A DNA stretch of 49,230 nt from Candidatus Woesearchaeota archaeon (GTDB lineage Archaea > Nanobdellota > Nanobdellia > Woesearchaeales > WJKL01), in NCBI GenBank assembly GCA_018221125.1, contig JAAOYC010000036.1:1-49230 (forward strand). Direction: 5' to 3'. Under the pieces are notes generated by a model. It had not been told where the DNA came from. It did not search any database and worked only from the letters and a program-made list of their open reading frames with translations. Shown here piece after piece: positions 6,812 through 15,563 of this stretch (within the stretch, counting starts at the first letter, position 1; each line of letters starts with the position of its first letter). Both the position numbers and the translations under genes were made by a program.

Positions 6812-8278
6812 ATGGGTGAAGCAGAGCTTATTAACGAGAGATTAAGAAAACTAGAAGAGATTAAACAATTAGGTATAAATCCATATCCTTATTCTTTTGA
6901 TGTAAAGAATACTGCAAAGGAGCTGAAAGAGAAGTATGCTAAGCTTAAGGAAGAAGAGCAGACAAAAGATACTGCAGTTGTTGCTGGAAGAATAATGGCA
7001 TTGAGGAGGATGGGAAAAGCTAGTTTTGTTTCTTTGCAGGATATGACTGAGAGAATACAGCTTTATTTTAAGCAGGATGATGTTGGAGAAAAGCTGTACA
7101 AGCTGTTGAAGCTTTCTGATATTGGAGATATAATTGGAGTAGAAGGAGATATATTCAAGACAAGAACAGGAGAAGTTACTATCTATGTTAAGAAGTTTGA
7201 GATGCTTTGCAAGAGCATCAGACCCTTGCCTGAGAAATTCCATGGATTAAAGGATGCAGAATTAAGATACAGGCAGAGATATGTTGATTTGATCATGAAT
7301 ACAGATGTAAAGAAGACATTTATTTTAAGGACAAAAATAATTGATGCAATGCGGGAATTCCTGAATTCAAAAGGTTTTATTGAAGTTGAAGTCCCAACTT
7401 TACAATCTATTTACGGCGGAGCAAATGCAAAGCCATTCATGACATTCCATAATGAATTAAAGCAGAATATGTTCTTGAGCATATCTCCTGAGCTGTTTTT
7501 GAAAAGATGCGTTGTTGGAGGAATAGATAAAGTATATACTATCTGCAAGAACTTCAGGAATGAAGGGATTGATACAACCCATAATCCTGAATTCACAACA
7601 ATGGAGTCTTATGAAGCTTATGCTGATTACAATGATACAATGAAGTTAACAGAAGAAATGGTTGAGTTTATCTGCAAAAAAGTTCTTGGAAAAACAAAAG
7701 TAAAGTATGGAGATAAGGAGATTGATTTCAAAGTTCCCTGGCAAAGGATGAGCATGAAGGATGCAATAAAGAAGCATTATCTGCTTGATGTTGACAAACT
7801 AGATGATTCTGAATTAAGAGATAAGATAAGAGATTTGAATATTGATGCAGGAGAAGGAACAAGAGATGAGATGATTAATGCAATATTTGAAGACCAGGTT
7901 GAAAAACATTTAGAACAGCCTACTTTTATCACTGATTATCCTAAGCAGATATGCCCTTTGACAAAAATCCACAGAAAAGATAAAGATCTAGTTGAAAGAT
8001 TTGAAGCTTTTGTAAATGGAAGTGAGTTAGCAAATGCTTATTCTGAATTAAATGATCCAAAAGACCAGGAAGAAAGATTAAAGAAACAGGAAGAAGCCAG
8101 GAAAAAAGGAGATGAAGAAGCTAATCCAATGGATGCTGATTTTGTAAGAGCATTGGAGTATGGAATGCCTCCAACAGGCGGCTTAGGAATAGGAGTAGAC
8201 AGGTTAATCATGTTTTTGACTAATTCTCAAAGCATAAGAGATGTTATCTTGTTTCCAATGATGAGAAGTGAGAAATAA
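6812..8278 (+). CDS. lysS: lysyl-tRNA synthetase, class II
   Basis: 488 aa; N-terminal OB/anticodon-binding region and class II core (FRNEGIDTTHNPEFT motif 2 region, GGLGIGVDRLIMFLT motif 3 region). Confidence 0.95.
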   Translation: MGEAELINERLRKLEEIKQLGINPYPYSFDVKNTAKELKEKYAKLKEEEQTKDTAVVAGRIMALRRMGKASFVSLQDMTERIQLYFKQDDVGEKLYKLLKLSDIGDIIGVEGDIFKTRTGEVTIYVKKFEMLCKSIRPLPEKFHGLKDAELRYRQRYVDLIMNTDVKKTFILRTKIIDAMREFLNSKGFIEVEVPTLQSIYGGANAKPFMTFHNELKQNMFLSISPELFLKRCVVGGIDKVYTICKNFRNEGIDTTHNPEFTTMESYEAYADYNDTMKLTEEMVEFICKKVLGKTKVKYGDKEIDFKVPWQRMSMKDAIKKHYLLDVDKLDDSELRDKIRDLNIDAGEGTRDEMINAIFEDQVEKHLEQPTFITDYPKQICPLTKIHRKDKDLVERFEAFVNGSELANAYSELNDPKDQEERLKKQEEARKKGDEEANPMDADFVRALEYGMPPTGGLGIGVDRLIMFLTNSQSIRDVILFPMMRSEK

Positions 8279-8279
8279 T

Positions 8280-8795
8280 TTATCCAGAATTCTCTATCTT
8301 TTCAATAAAAGATTCTAGTCTTGATTTGAATACAGACATTTCTGCATCATCAACTTTTGCTTCAAGAATATCCTGCAGGAATCTCTTTACAGGCTCAAAA
8401 TTATAATCAATGCCAAATTCATCCTTAATATGTTCTTTTTGAGGCGGGCACATATAAGCAATACAGATAGGAGGTTTAAGATCTTTTAATCTGCAGCCTT
8501 GTTCTCTAGTGTGATAGCCGCATCCATCTTTCTTATTTTCAGGACTTCCATACTTTTCAATCCTTATATCTTTAATGACGAATTCTGCAGCATGTAATCC
8601 TCCTTCAAGAATGCCTGAAATGCAGCAGCCCAGATATCCAGGAAAACCGCGAAGAAATAAACTTTCTTTTTGAGACAAGCAGTTATCATAACAGAAATCT
8701 GCTGCATCAAAGAATCTTCTTAGCAAAGTTTCGCATTCAAGATATTGATGAACCTGCCTTTCAATCTCTGTGTCTATTAAACCTAATTCAACCAT
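8280..8795 (-). CDS. hypothetical cysteine-rich protein
   Basis: 171 aa with clustered Cys (CYDNC, GCCISG, GCGYH, CRLKDLKPPICIAYMCP); own TATA upstream at about 8820-8830. Confidence 0.6.
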   Translation of the reverse strand: MVELGLIDTEIERQVHQYLECETLLRRFFDAADFCYDNCLSQKESLFLRGFPGYLGCCISGILEGGLHAAEFVIKDIRIEKYGSPENKKDGCGYHTREQGCRLKDLKPPICIAYMCPPQKEHIKDEFGIDYNFEPVKRFLQDILEAKVDDAEMSVFKSRLESFIEKIENSG

Positions 8796-8877
8796 GCTGT
8801 TTTTGAATTAGGTCTTGTTTTTAAAGCTTGGTAAATTCAGGAAGTTTTATAAAATTTGATAACATATTAAAATCAAG

Positions 8878-9099
8878 ATGAGAGAATATATTCTAGGAGC
8901 AATTGCTGTTGCACTGGCTAGCCAGATTGGTATTTCGTTTATAAAATATAATCCGGTAGAAGAAATAGATTTAGACGGAGATGGTGTGGCTGATGTTGTA
9001 ATATTAAAACATCCAGATAAAGGAGGATTAATGTATGGAGATTTGAATGGGGATGGTACTCTTGATATCATGATAAAGGAAAAAGGAAAAAACCAATAG
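8878..9099 (+). CDS. small membrane-anchored protein with DxDGDG repeats; possibly extended to 9218 by a -1 frameshift
   Basis: N-terminal hydrophobic helix then DLDGDGVADV and DLNGDGTLDI; A_AAA_AAC heptamer at 9087-9093 and a 41-codon open -1 frame downstream. Confidence 0.55.
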   Translation: MREYILGAIAVALASQIGISFIKYNPVEEIDLDGDGVADVVILKHPDKGGLMYGDLNGDGTLDIMIKEKGKNQ

Positions 9100-9280
9100 T
9101 ACTTTTCCAGACACATGATGGGCGTTATGAGAAAAAGGAAGGTTATGAAGAAAAAGAAAAAAGCCATCTTGAAAATTATTTAGACGAATTCTTGAAAGGA
9201 TATATTAAAGAGACATAAGCTAAGAAAGAATAACCTTTAAAAAACAGAACTATTTCTAATGTTAATTGAGGGAGGATATT

Positions 9281-9910
9281 ATGTCTTTACGTAAAAAATA
9301 TGATCTAAACAGAAAGGTTGACAAATTTATTGAAAATTATGGAACAAAACTGAGAGACAGCAAGAATATAGATATGGTAGAATTAAATGATCTAGTTGAG
9401 TGGAATAAAAAAAATTTAAGAAATTATATTGAAACAGAAGCAGTATATGCTGAATTAAGGCATCCGTTGGTTTATGGTACTGATTTGGTGAATTTTGGGG
9501 TTGATAAAAGGTTTGTTGGAGAATGCAAGAAAAAATTCTCCTGGGATTTTTTTACGAATTTAAATCATCCAAAATTTGAAGATTCTGGTTTGGCTGATAA
9601 GGATGTAGAAAACTGTGTGATTTATAGAATCATTGAAAGAAGCGGACATAGGGATGGTTCCAGAAGAGGCCTTCTTTATGCAAGAGAAATGGAGTTAAGT
9701 ATTGATGTTCCTGTGCAATATTCTGTTGACTGGAGCGACCCTTATCTAGCAGAATTCTTAGCACCTTTAATGCCTGAATTAGATTTGGATATGCTGTGTC
9801 CAGCAGGTTATTTTATGGGGAACCTTAAAGAAGTAAAACTAGAGGATGTTATTGCAAGATTAGGGGCAAAGGAAGCTGTTATAAAAGCAAGGAATAGAGT
9901 TGGTGTTTAA
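9281..9910 (+). CDS. hypothetical protein
   Basis: GGAGG Shine-Dalgarno at 9270-9274 precedes the ATG at 9281 (the ORF track starts at TTG 9266). Confidence 0.6.
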   Translation: MSLRKKYDLNRKVDKFIENYGTKLRDSKNIDMVELNDLVEWNKKNLRNYIETEAVYAELRHPLVYGTDLVNFGVDKRFVGECKKKFSWDFFTNLNHPKFEDSGLADKDVENCVIYRIIERSGHRDGSRRGLLYAREMELSIDVPVQYSVDWSDPYLAEFLAPLMPELDLDMLCPAGYFMGNLKEVKLEDVIARLGAKEAVIKARNRVGV

Positions 9911-9937
9911 ACCTTCGTGAATTTAACTAAATACTAA

Positions 9938-10018
9938 GTTTTTCGATATCTTTATACAGCGTAAGCAGAGCTTACTGGCATAAAGATTTCTTAAACTTCG
10001 TTTTTCGATATCTTTATA
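9938..10018 (+). repeat. 19-nt direct repeat GTTTTTCGATATCTTTATA (9938-9956 and 10000-10018)
   Basis: Exact duplication 62 bp apart; the second copy supplies the TATA for the gene at 10047; hairpin GTAAGC-aga-GCTTAC at 9961-9975 lies between them. Confidence 0.6.
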
Positions 10019-10046
10019 TAGGCATTATTTATTAATTCTAAGCACA

Positions 10047-10463
10047 ATGATTACTAGAAAAACAACTAAAAAGAGGATAAAGAAAATGACAGGAAAAAGC
10101 AGAAAACCAATGAAATTCAAGAATAGAAGTGTTATTGGGCTAGTTGAAAAAGTAATGATGATAGGGCCTGAAAAAGAAAGAAAAGTAACAGCCAGAATCG
10201 ATACAGGAGCAGATATCTGCTCAATGGATACAAAGCTGGCTAAAAGGCTTAATCTAGGGCCTGTTGAAAGATTAAAAAGAATAAAGTCTGCTCACGGGAT
10301 AAAGAAAAGGCCTGTTGTAAGAGGAAGAGTGGAGATAGCAAAAAGAAGATTCAAGAAAGTAAGATTTACTTTGGCAGACAGAAAACATTTGAGATACAAA
10401 GTACTGATTGGAAAAAATATATTGAAAAAAGGATTCTTGATTGATCCGAACAAGGAGATGTAA
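10047..10463 (+). CDS. RimK-associated retropepsin-like aspartic protease (the family named 'putative ATP-dependent zinc protease')
   Basis: VTARIDTGADICSMD matches the DTGA active-site signature of this family; lies immediately upstream of rimK as is usual. Confidence 0.7.
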   Translation: MITRKTTKKRIKKMTGKSRKPMKFKNRSVIGLVEKVMMIGPEKERKVTARIDTGADICSMDTKLAKRLNLGPVERLKRIKSAHGIKKRPVVRGRVEIAKRRFKKVRFTLADRKHLRYKVLIGKNILKKGFLIDPNKEM

Positions 10464-10466
10464 AAA

Positions 10467-11570
10467 ATGCCTGTAAGCGCTGCAATCATATCACTTGGAA
10501 GCAAAAGCTCAAAATGGACAGCTAAATCCCTGAGGAATTATTTCAGAGTAGTTGATGAACTGGATATCAGGGATATTGAGGTTACTTTAGGCCCAAAGGA
10601 AGCAAAGGTATTGTACCAGGGAAAGCCGATTGAACATTATGATTGTATCTTAGCAAAAGGAAGTTTTAGATATGCTCCATTATTGAGTGCAATAACAAGT
10701 ATTCTTTCAAAATATTCTTATATGCCTATTGAAGCAGATGCATTCACAATTGTCCATGACAAATTACTGACTCAGATTGAACTGCAGCAGAATGGCATTC
10801 CTATGCCTACAACATATCTTGCAGCAACACCTGCTGCTGCCAAGAAGATACTAGAAAAGATGAATTATCCTATCATCATGAAATTCCCCCAGGGAACACA
10901 GGGAAAAGGAGTGATGTTTTCAGACAGCTATGCAGCTGCAACAAGCATGATGGATGCTTTGACTGCATTAAGGCAGCCTTTTTTGATACAGGAATATATT
11001 GAGACAGAAGGAGCTGACTTAAGAGTCATTGTTGTTGGAGATAAAGTAGTTGCTGCTATGGAAAGACAAGCAGAAGTCGGAGAAAAAAGAGCAAACATAC
11101 ATGCAGGCGGGAAAGGAAAATCCATAAAGATTGATCCTGTAACTGCAAAGATTGCTGTAAAGACAGCTAAAGTATTGGGAGCAGATATCTGCGCTGTTGA
11201 TCTTCTTGAAGGCCATAAAGGGCCTTTGGTCATTGAAGCAAATATCTCTCCAGGACTTCAGGGAATCACAGAAGCAACTGGAGTCAATGTTGCTGATCAT
11301 ATTTCCAAGTTCCTGCATAAGAAAACAAAAGAAAGTGTTGATCTGAAGAAGAAAATATCAGCAGAGGATATAATGAAAGAGATTGAAACAGCTGGTGGTC
11401 CTGGAAAAGAGATCATAACTGGACTGGATTTCAGGGGCGAGAGAATTTTACTGCCTGCGCCAATTGTAAAAGAGACAGGATTCACAGAAAAAGACGAGAT
11501 TGTGATAAAAGTTGAGAAAGGAAAGCTGGTCATTGAGAAGTTCCATATTGAAGGGGAAAAGAAGAAATAA
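10467..11570 (+). CDS. rimK: RimK-family ATP-grasp alpha-L-glutamate ligase with C-terminal extension
   Basis: IIMKFPQGTQGKGV, LIQEYIETEGADLRVIVVGDKVVAAMER, ANIHAGGKG, AVDLLE...LVIEANISPGLQGI. Confidence 0.85.
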   Translation: MPVSAAIISLGSKSSKWTAKSLRNYFRVVDELDIRDIEVTLGPKEAKVLYQGKPIEHYDCILAKGSFRYAPLLSAITSILSKYSYMPIEADAFTIVHDKLLTQIELQQNGIPMPTTYLAATPAAAKKILEKMNYPIIMKFPQGTQGKGVMFSDSYAAATSMMDALTALRQPFLIQEYIETEGADLRVIVVGDKVVAAMERQAEVGEKRANIHAGGKGKSIKIDPVTAKIAVKTAKVLGADICAVDLLEGHKGPLVIEANISPGLQGITEATGVNVADHISKFLHKKTKESVDLKKKISAEDIMKEIETAGGPGKEIITGLDFRGERILLPAPIVKETGFTEKDEIVIKVEKGKLVIEKFHIEGEKKK

Positions 11571-11608
11571 GCTGTTTCTTAAAAGAACTACTTCTTAGTA
11601 GCACTAAA

Positions 11609-11626
11609 AACGTAAGGTTTATAAAT
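11609..11626 (+). promoter_or_regulatory. BRE+TATA promoter (AACGTAAGGTTTATAAAT)
   Basis: About 60 nt upstream of the ATG at 11687. Confidence 0.5.
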
Positions 11627-11686
11627 GCTTTTTGATAAATTCTACTAGAAGATTTGATTTTGTTAGGGAGAAGAATCTAGTTTAAA

Positions 11687-14260
11687 ATGGCAATCAAAGG
11701 CAAAAAATACAGGAAGAACGAAGATTTGATGGAGGACCTAGAAGCAAAAGTTCTGATTGTTGATGATGATAAAAATATGCGTGCCCTGCTAAAAGAAAGA
11801 CTTGAAGACTGCAGATCCAAAGTAGCTGCAAACGGAGAAAGCGCTTTGAAGCTGATGGATGAGTCTGAATTCTATGTTGCTGTTGTTGATATCAACATGC
11901 CCAAGATGGATGGCAAGAAACTTATCAGAAGATTTGAAAAGAAGAAAAAGAAAACAGATGTCATTGTTGTTTCTGGAGATGATTATTCAGACCTTTTAAA
12001 TGAACATGAATCTGTCATAGCTTTTTATGAGAAATCAGACATAGAGGGACTGGAAAAATTAGTCAGGAAAACTGTCAAGAAGAGATGGCAGAATGAGCAG
12101 ATAGTGCAGGAATCAAAAAGAATCTATAAAGAAAGGGTTGCAGGGCGGGAAAATAAGGAAAGCACTGATGATGAAACAAACCAAGACTGGCTGCAGGCTG
12201 AAAGCAATGTGCTGAAAAGAATTCTGGTCTATACTGAAGAAAAATCAGGGGAAAAGATTACAAAGGAGCTGGACAAGGTCTTAAGATATAATATAAAACA
12301 TGTTTCATCCAAAGGAGATGCTGAAGAAGAGATTGAAAAAGGAAATTATGACCTGATATTTGCCTCTCCTGATGAAGGGAGATACCTTATGGAGATCTTA
12401 GACGAGCTGGAGCTTGAAACCCCTATAATCTACAGGTCTCAGAGGCCTAATGCTGAAGTGATGAGAGATGCATTTACAAAACTTAGAGCAGCGCAGGTCA
12501 TAACAAGCAGGGATGATATCATTGAGGGGGTAAGCGAGTTTTTCTACAAGCAGAAGCCGATAATAGAGAGGGAGCAAGAGGAAAAAGAAAAAGCTGATAA
12601 AAGAGAAGAATGCTATAAAAAAATCACTCCTTATCTTACCTGGCCTGACAAGGAATTCACAAGCAGAGAAGAGCTGGACCTTATTGCATTTGCTGTCAAG
12701 GAAGGACTGCTAAAAAGTACTTTGCTGGAAAGCCCAGATGGGCCTGATAATTATGCTGTGGGGCTTGCAAGCGCAAGGGAGCTTGACAAGAAAAAACAGT
12801 ATGATGTTGACAAGATATTTATCGGAACATTAGAGCATGCTCAGGGAGAAGGATATCCTATAGAGGTAGCAGAACAACTGCAGTTAAATTATGAATTATT
12901 CCAGGACACTCCTGGATTTAATGTTCCAAAAGTTATGCCTTTGATTGTAGATAAAGAAAGAGGAGTTGGATATGTCCGAAGAGAATTTATAATCGGGCCT
13001 ACTGTTGCTGAAGTATTATTGAGTATAAGAGAAAGGTCTCCCTGGCTGTTTGACATGAATGACAGCCCTGAACAAAGGCAGCAAAAACTAAAGAATGTTA
13101 TGCAATTAAAGAAGGTTCTAATAAACAAGTCCTTGAGAAATCTGGTATTTTGGCAGAGAATGACTGAGCCTGAAAGACCTTCTAAAACACAATGCGAAGA
13201 ATTACGCGAGCATTATGCTGATAGCCTGGCAAAAGCTGTAGAGACTTTTGAAAAGTATGCAGACCTTAATATTTCCTCTTCTGAAGTTGCTGCTTTCAGG
13301 AAATGCGCCTCTGTTTTTGCAGACAGGTTTGCAATAGAAAAATCTACTTTCTCAGTAAAAATGGATTCAACTCCCTGGAACATGGTGCTAAAGACAGGCA
13401 AGATAGACATGAGCCTTGAAGAGATTGTCAATTATTTCAAAGGAGAGGATGGAAATATAGATGCAGAAAAAATTGAAGATACTTTTTATCATACTGACCT
13501 AGGAAGCGATTCCAGCCAGATATATTCCTGCATCCTGGAGGATTTTTGGCATTTTGTTGATTCATATGAAGCCAATATAAAAGGAGAAAAAATACAGAAG
13601 AATTACTACTTGTTTTTGCTTGAAAAGGCCAAAGAAAGAGAGAAAGAAGGCTCTATGAAAAGAGATATTCTGGAGAGGATTATCTCAGAAGTAAAACAAG
13701 ACAAGCTGCCTACTGATATCTATGAAGTAAGAGAGAAAGTATCTTCTTTTGACAAGAGCAATGAAGAAGGAAGGATATACAGGAATATAAGAAAAGCTGC
13801 CCTGGAATTAGAAGTCTATGGATTCAGGAACCACAAGAAGCATGAAGAAGGAAACAGGGATTATGATAAATTCATTGAAAGACAAAAGCAGCATAAAGAG
13901 TTTATAATGCATCATACAAAACTTGCTGCAAAATATGCCAGAGTCAGGGAGGAGTCTGAGTTCAGGGCATTGCAGGAGATATTTAAATTATACGATCCAG
14001 AAGAAGTGGGAATGATAAATGAGGGATTTAAGGAGTATACTGAACTAAGAGAAAACCTTTCCTCAAATAACACTGTGACTTTTGGAAAGTTTGTAAATTC
14101 TATAGAAGAAAAGATAGAACAAAGTGATAACTCGCAGTATAAAAATTTTGCAAAAGAGTTAATTAATCTGGCTAATCTGAAATATATCCACCTCATGCTT
14201 GAGAAAATTTCACATTTTAACCAGGATATTTCAATAGACTATACAATGAGGGAGCTGTAA
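11687..14260 (+). CDS. response-regulator receiver domain fused to a degenerate second receiver and a large kinase-like C-terminal region
   Basis: REC: VLIVDDD, VAVVDINMPKMDG, VIVVSG, FYEKS. Second REC-like segment lacks the acidic pocket. C-terminus has KMDSTPWNMVLK and YHTDLGSD, resembling the HxDxxxxN and Dxx loops of aminoglycoside/choline-kinase-like folds (weak). Confidence 0.7.
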   Translation: MAIKGKKYRKNEDLMEDLEAKVLIVDDDKNMRALLKERLEDCRSKVAANGESALKLMDESEFYVAVVDINMPKMDGKKLIRRFEKKKKKTDVIVVSGDDYSDLLNEHESVIAFYEKSDIEGLEKLVRKTVKKRWQNEQIVQESKRIYKERVAGRENKESTDDETNQDWLQAESNVLKRILVYTEEKSGEKITKELDKVLRYNIKHVSSKGDAEEEIEKGNYDLIFASPDEGRYLMEILDELELETPIIYRSQRPNAEVMRDAFTKLRAAQVITSRDDIIEGVSEFFYKQKPIIEREQEEKEKADKREECYKKITPYLTWPDKEFTSREELDLIAFAVKEGLLKSTLLESPDGPDNYAVGLASARELDKKKQYDVDKIFIGTLEHAQGEGYPIEVAEQLQLNYELFQDTPGFNVPKVMPLIVDKERGVGYVRREFIIGPTVAEVLLSIRERSPWLFDMNDSPEQRQQKLKNVMQLKKVLINKSLRNLVFWQRMTEPERPSKTQCEELREHYADSLAKAVETFEKYADLNISSSEVAAFRKCASVFADRFAIEKSTFSVKMDSTPWNMVLKTGKIDMSLEEIVNYFKGEDGNIDAEKIEDTFYHTDLGSDSSQIYSCILEDFWHFVDSYEANIKGEKIQKNYYLFLLEKAKEREKEGSMKRDILERIISEVKQDKLPTDIYEVREKVSSFDKSNEEGRIYRNIRKAALELEVYGFRNHKKHEEGNRDYDKFIERQKQHKEFIMHHTKLAAKYARVREESEFRALQEIFKLYDPEEVGMINEGFKEYTELRENLSSNNTVTFGKFVNSIEEKIEQSDNSQYKNFAKELINLANLKYIHLMLEKISHFNQDISIDYTMREL

Positions 14261-14261
14261 A

Positions 14262-15563
14262 ATGCCTGAATCTGATCATATGATAAGGAATAAGGTTAGC
14301 CTTGAAGCAGTAATTGGCATGGCAAAGAAAAGGCTATTTGAAGAACCAAGAAAATATCCAATCACTGTTGTGCACCATAATGATGCTGATGGGTTGAGTT
14401 CTGCCTATATCCTGAAAAATGTCTTTGAAAGAGAAGGATTTAAAACACAGTTCTGCTGCTCAGAAAGGACATACTTAAGGGTTTTTGACGAAGTATTTAG
14501 ACAGGCTTCAGGGCCTGTTGTGGTTGCTGATCTAGGGGCAACAAAAGAGCAACAGATCAAGAAGATAAGCCAGGGAAGGCTGACAATCATCATCGACCAT
14601 CATAAATCAGGAACGCCTGGAGGATTGATGGAGCTTGACCTTATTGATGATAATTTCTTTGTTATCAATTCCTGCAATCATGGAATCAGCGGGGATGATA
14701 TGGCTTCAGCTTCCACACTTTCCTATGCTTTTGCAAAAGAAATCAGTCTTGAAAACAAAGAACTGGCTCATATTGCTTTAGTGGGTGCAATTGGGGATAG
14801 AAACCATGATAATGAAGAGATAGGATACCAATTTAAACCAGATGGTTATGATATGCGGGCTTTTGCTGATACTGATAATACAAAATTTGAATTTGGAAAA
14901 TATCATATAATGCTAAACAGAGAATGGAATGATGCTGAGGAGCTGGCAAAGCAGGTAGTCACTCTTGGCTCAATAGGATATCTTAAAGGAGGTCCTGAAT
15001 TCTGCCTGAATAAATTTTTTGAAAAAGACCATGATGATTCTGAAGTTGAAAAAAGAGTAGGGGAATTGACAGCAAAACAATTGGAAGCATATGATAAAGC
15101 CAAAAAGAGGATAAGAGAGAACAAAGGAGTTATATCAGAAGATGATATAATGTATTTTGATGTGGGGGATGTTTTTGCAGGAATGGGAACAAAAACAATC
15201 GGAGATTTTTGCGAGGATCTTATGGGGAATGCAACAAAAGAAGGGCTTATCGATACGGCAAAATATCTGATGGGCGGGCAGACTATAGAAATAGCTTCTG
15301 TGTTTGGCAAACCTATCAATGTCCCAAAAGAAGGGGAATGGGTCAAGGTATCTATCAGGGCTTCTTATGAATTGATAAGCGATATCAATGAAGGAAGGAG
15401 TCTTCAAATAGATGAGCTTGTAAGCTTGGGAAATCCTAATTATTGCGACGGGTGTCATGAAAGAAAAGGCGCCACTGTAATACTAAAAAAAGCTGTTCCT
15501 TCTTGTTTAGAGCTTTTCCAGGAAAAAATAAAGGAATTTAAAAAATCAAAGGGCATTCACTAA
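14262..15563 (+). CDS. DHH-family phosphoesterase (RecJ-like/nanoRNase-like)
   Basis: VVHHNDADGLSSAYIL (motifs I-II), IIIDHHKSG (DHH), VGAIGDRNHD (motif IV); starts 1 nt after the upstream stop with GGGAG Shine-Dalgarno. Confidence 0.8.
   Translation: MPESDHMIRNKVSLEAVIGMAKKRLFEEPRKYPITVVHHNDADGLSSAYILKNVFEREGFKTQFCCSERTYLRVFDEVFRQASGPVVVADLGATKEQQIKKISQGRLTIIIDHHKSGTPGGLMELDLIDDNFFVINSCNHGISGDDMASASTLSYAFAKEISLENKELAHIALVGAIGDRNHDNEEIGYQFKPDGYDMRAFADTDNTKFEFGKYHIMLNREWNDAEELAKQVVTLGSIGYLKGGPEFCLNKFFEKDHDDSEVEKRVGELTAKQLEAYDKAKKRIRENKGVISEDDIMYFDVGDVFAGMGTKTIGDFCEDLMGNATKEGLIDTAKYLMGGQTIEIASVFGKPINVPKEGEWVKVSIRASYELISDINEGRSLQIDELVSLGNPNYCDGCHERKGATVILKKAVPSCLELFQEKIKEFKKSKGIH

Noticed and set aside
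8280-8795. Grouping the 171-aa Cys-rich protein with the YkgJ/UPF0153 proteins at 22719 and 35694
   Set aside because: It lacks the N-terminal CxxCxxCC signature that the other two share. The similarity is limited to being cysteine-rich.
8847-9167. 106-aa minus-strand ORF (MAFFFFFITFLF...) opposite 8878-9218
   Set aside because: It is a poly-Phe/low-complexity mirror of an A-rich coding strand. The plus-strand reading gives recognisable DxDGDG motifs and has a TATA at the correct distance.
9938-10018. Direct repeats with a spacer, considered as a mini CRISPR array
   Set aside because: There are only two copies of a 19-mer that contains a TATA box, with no further repeats and no cas genes. 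It is better explained as a duplicated promoter segment.
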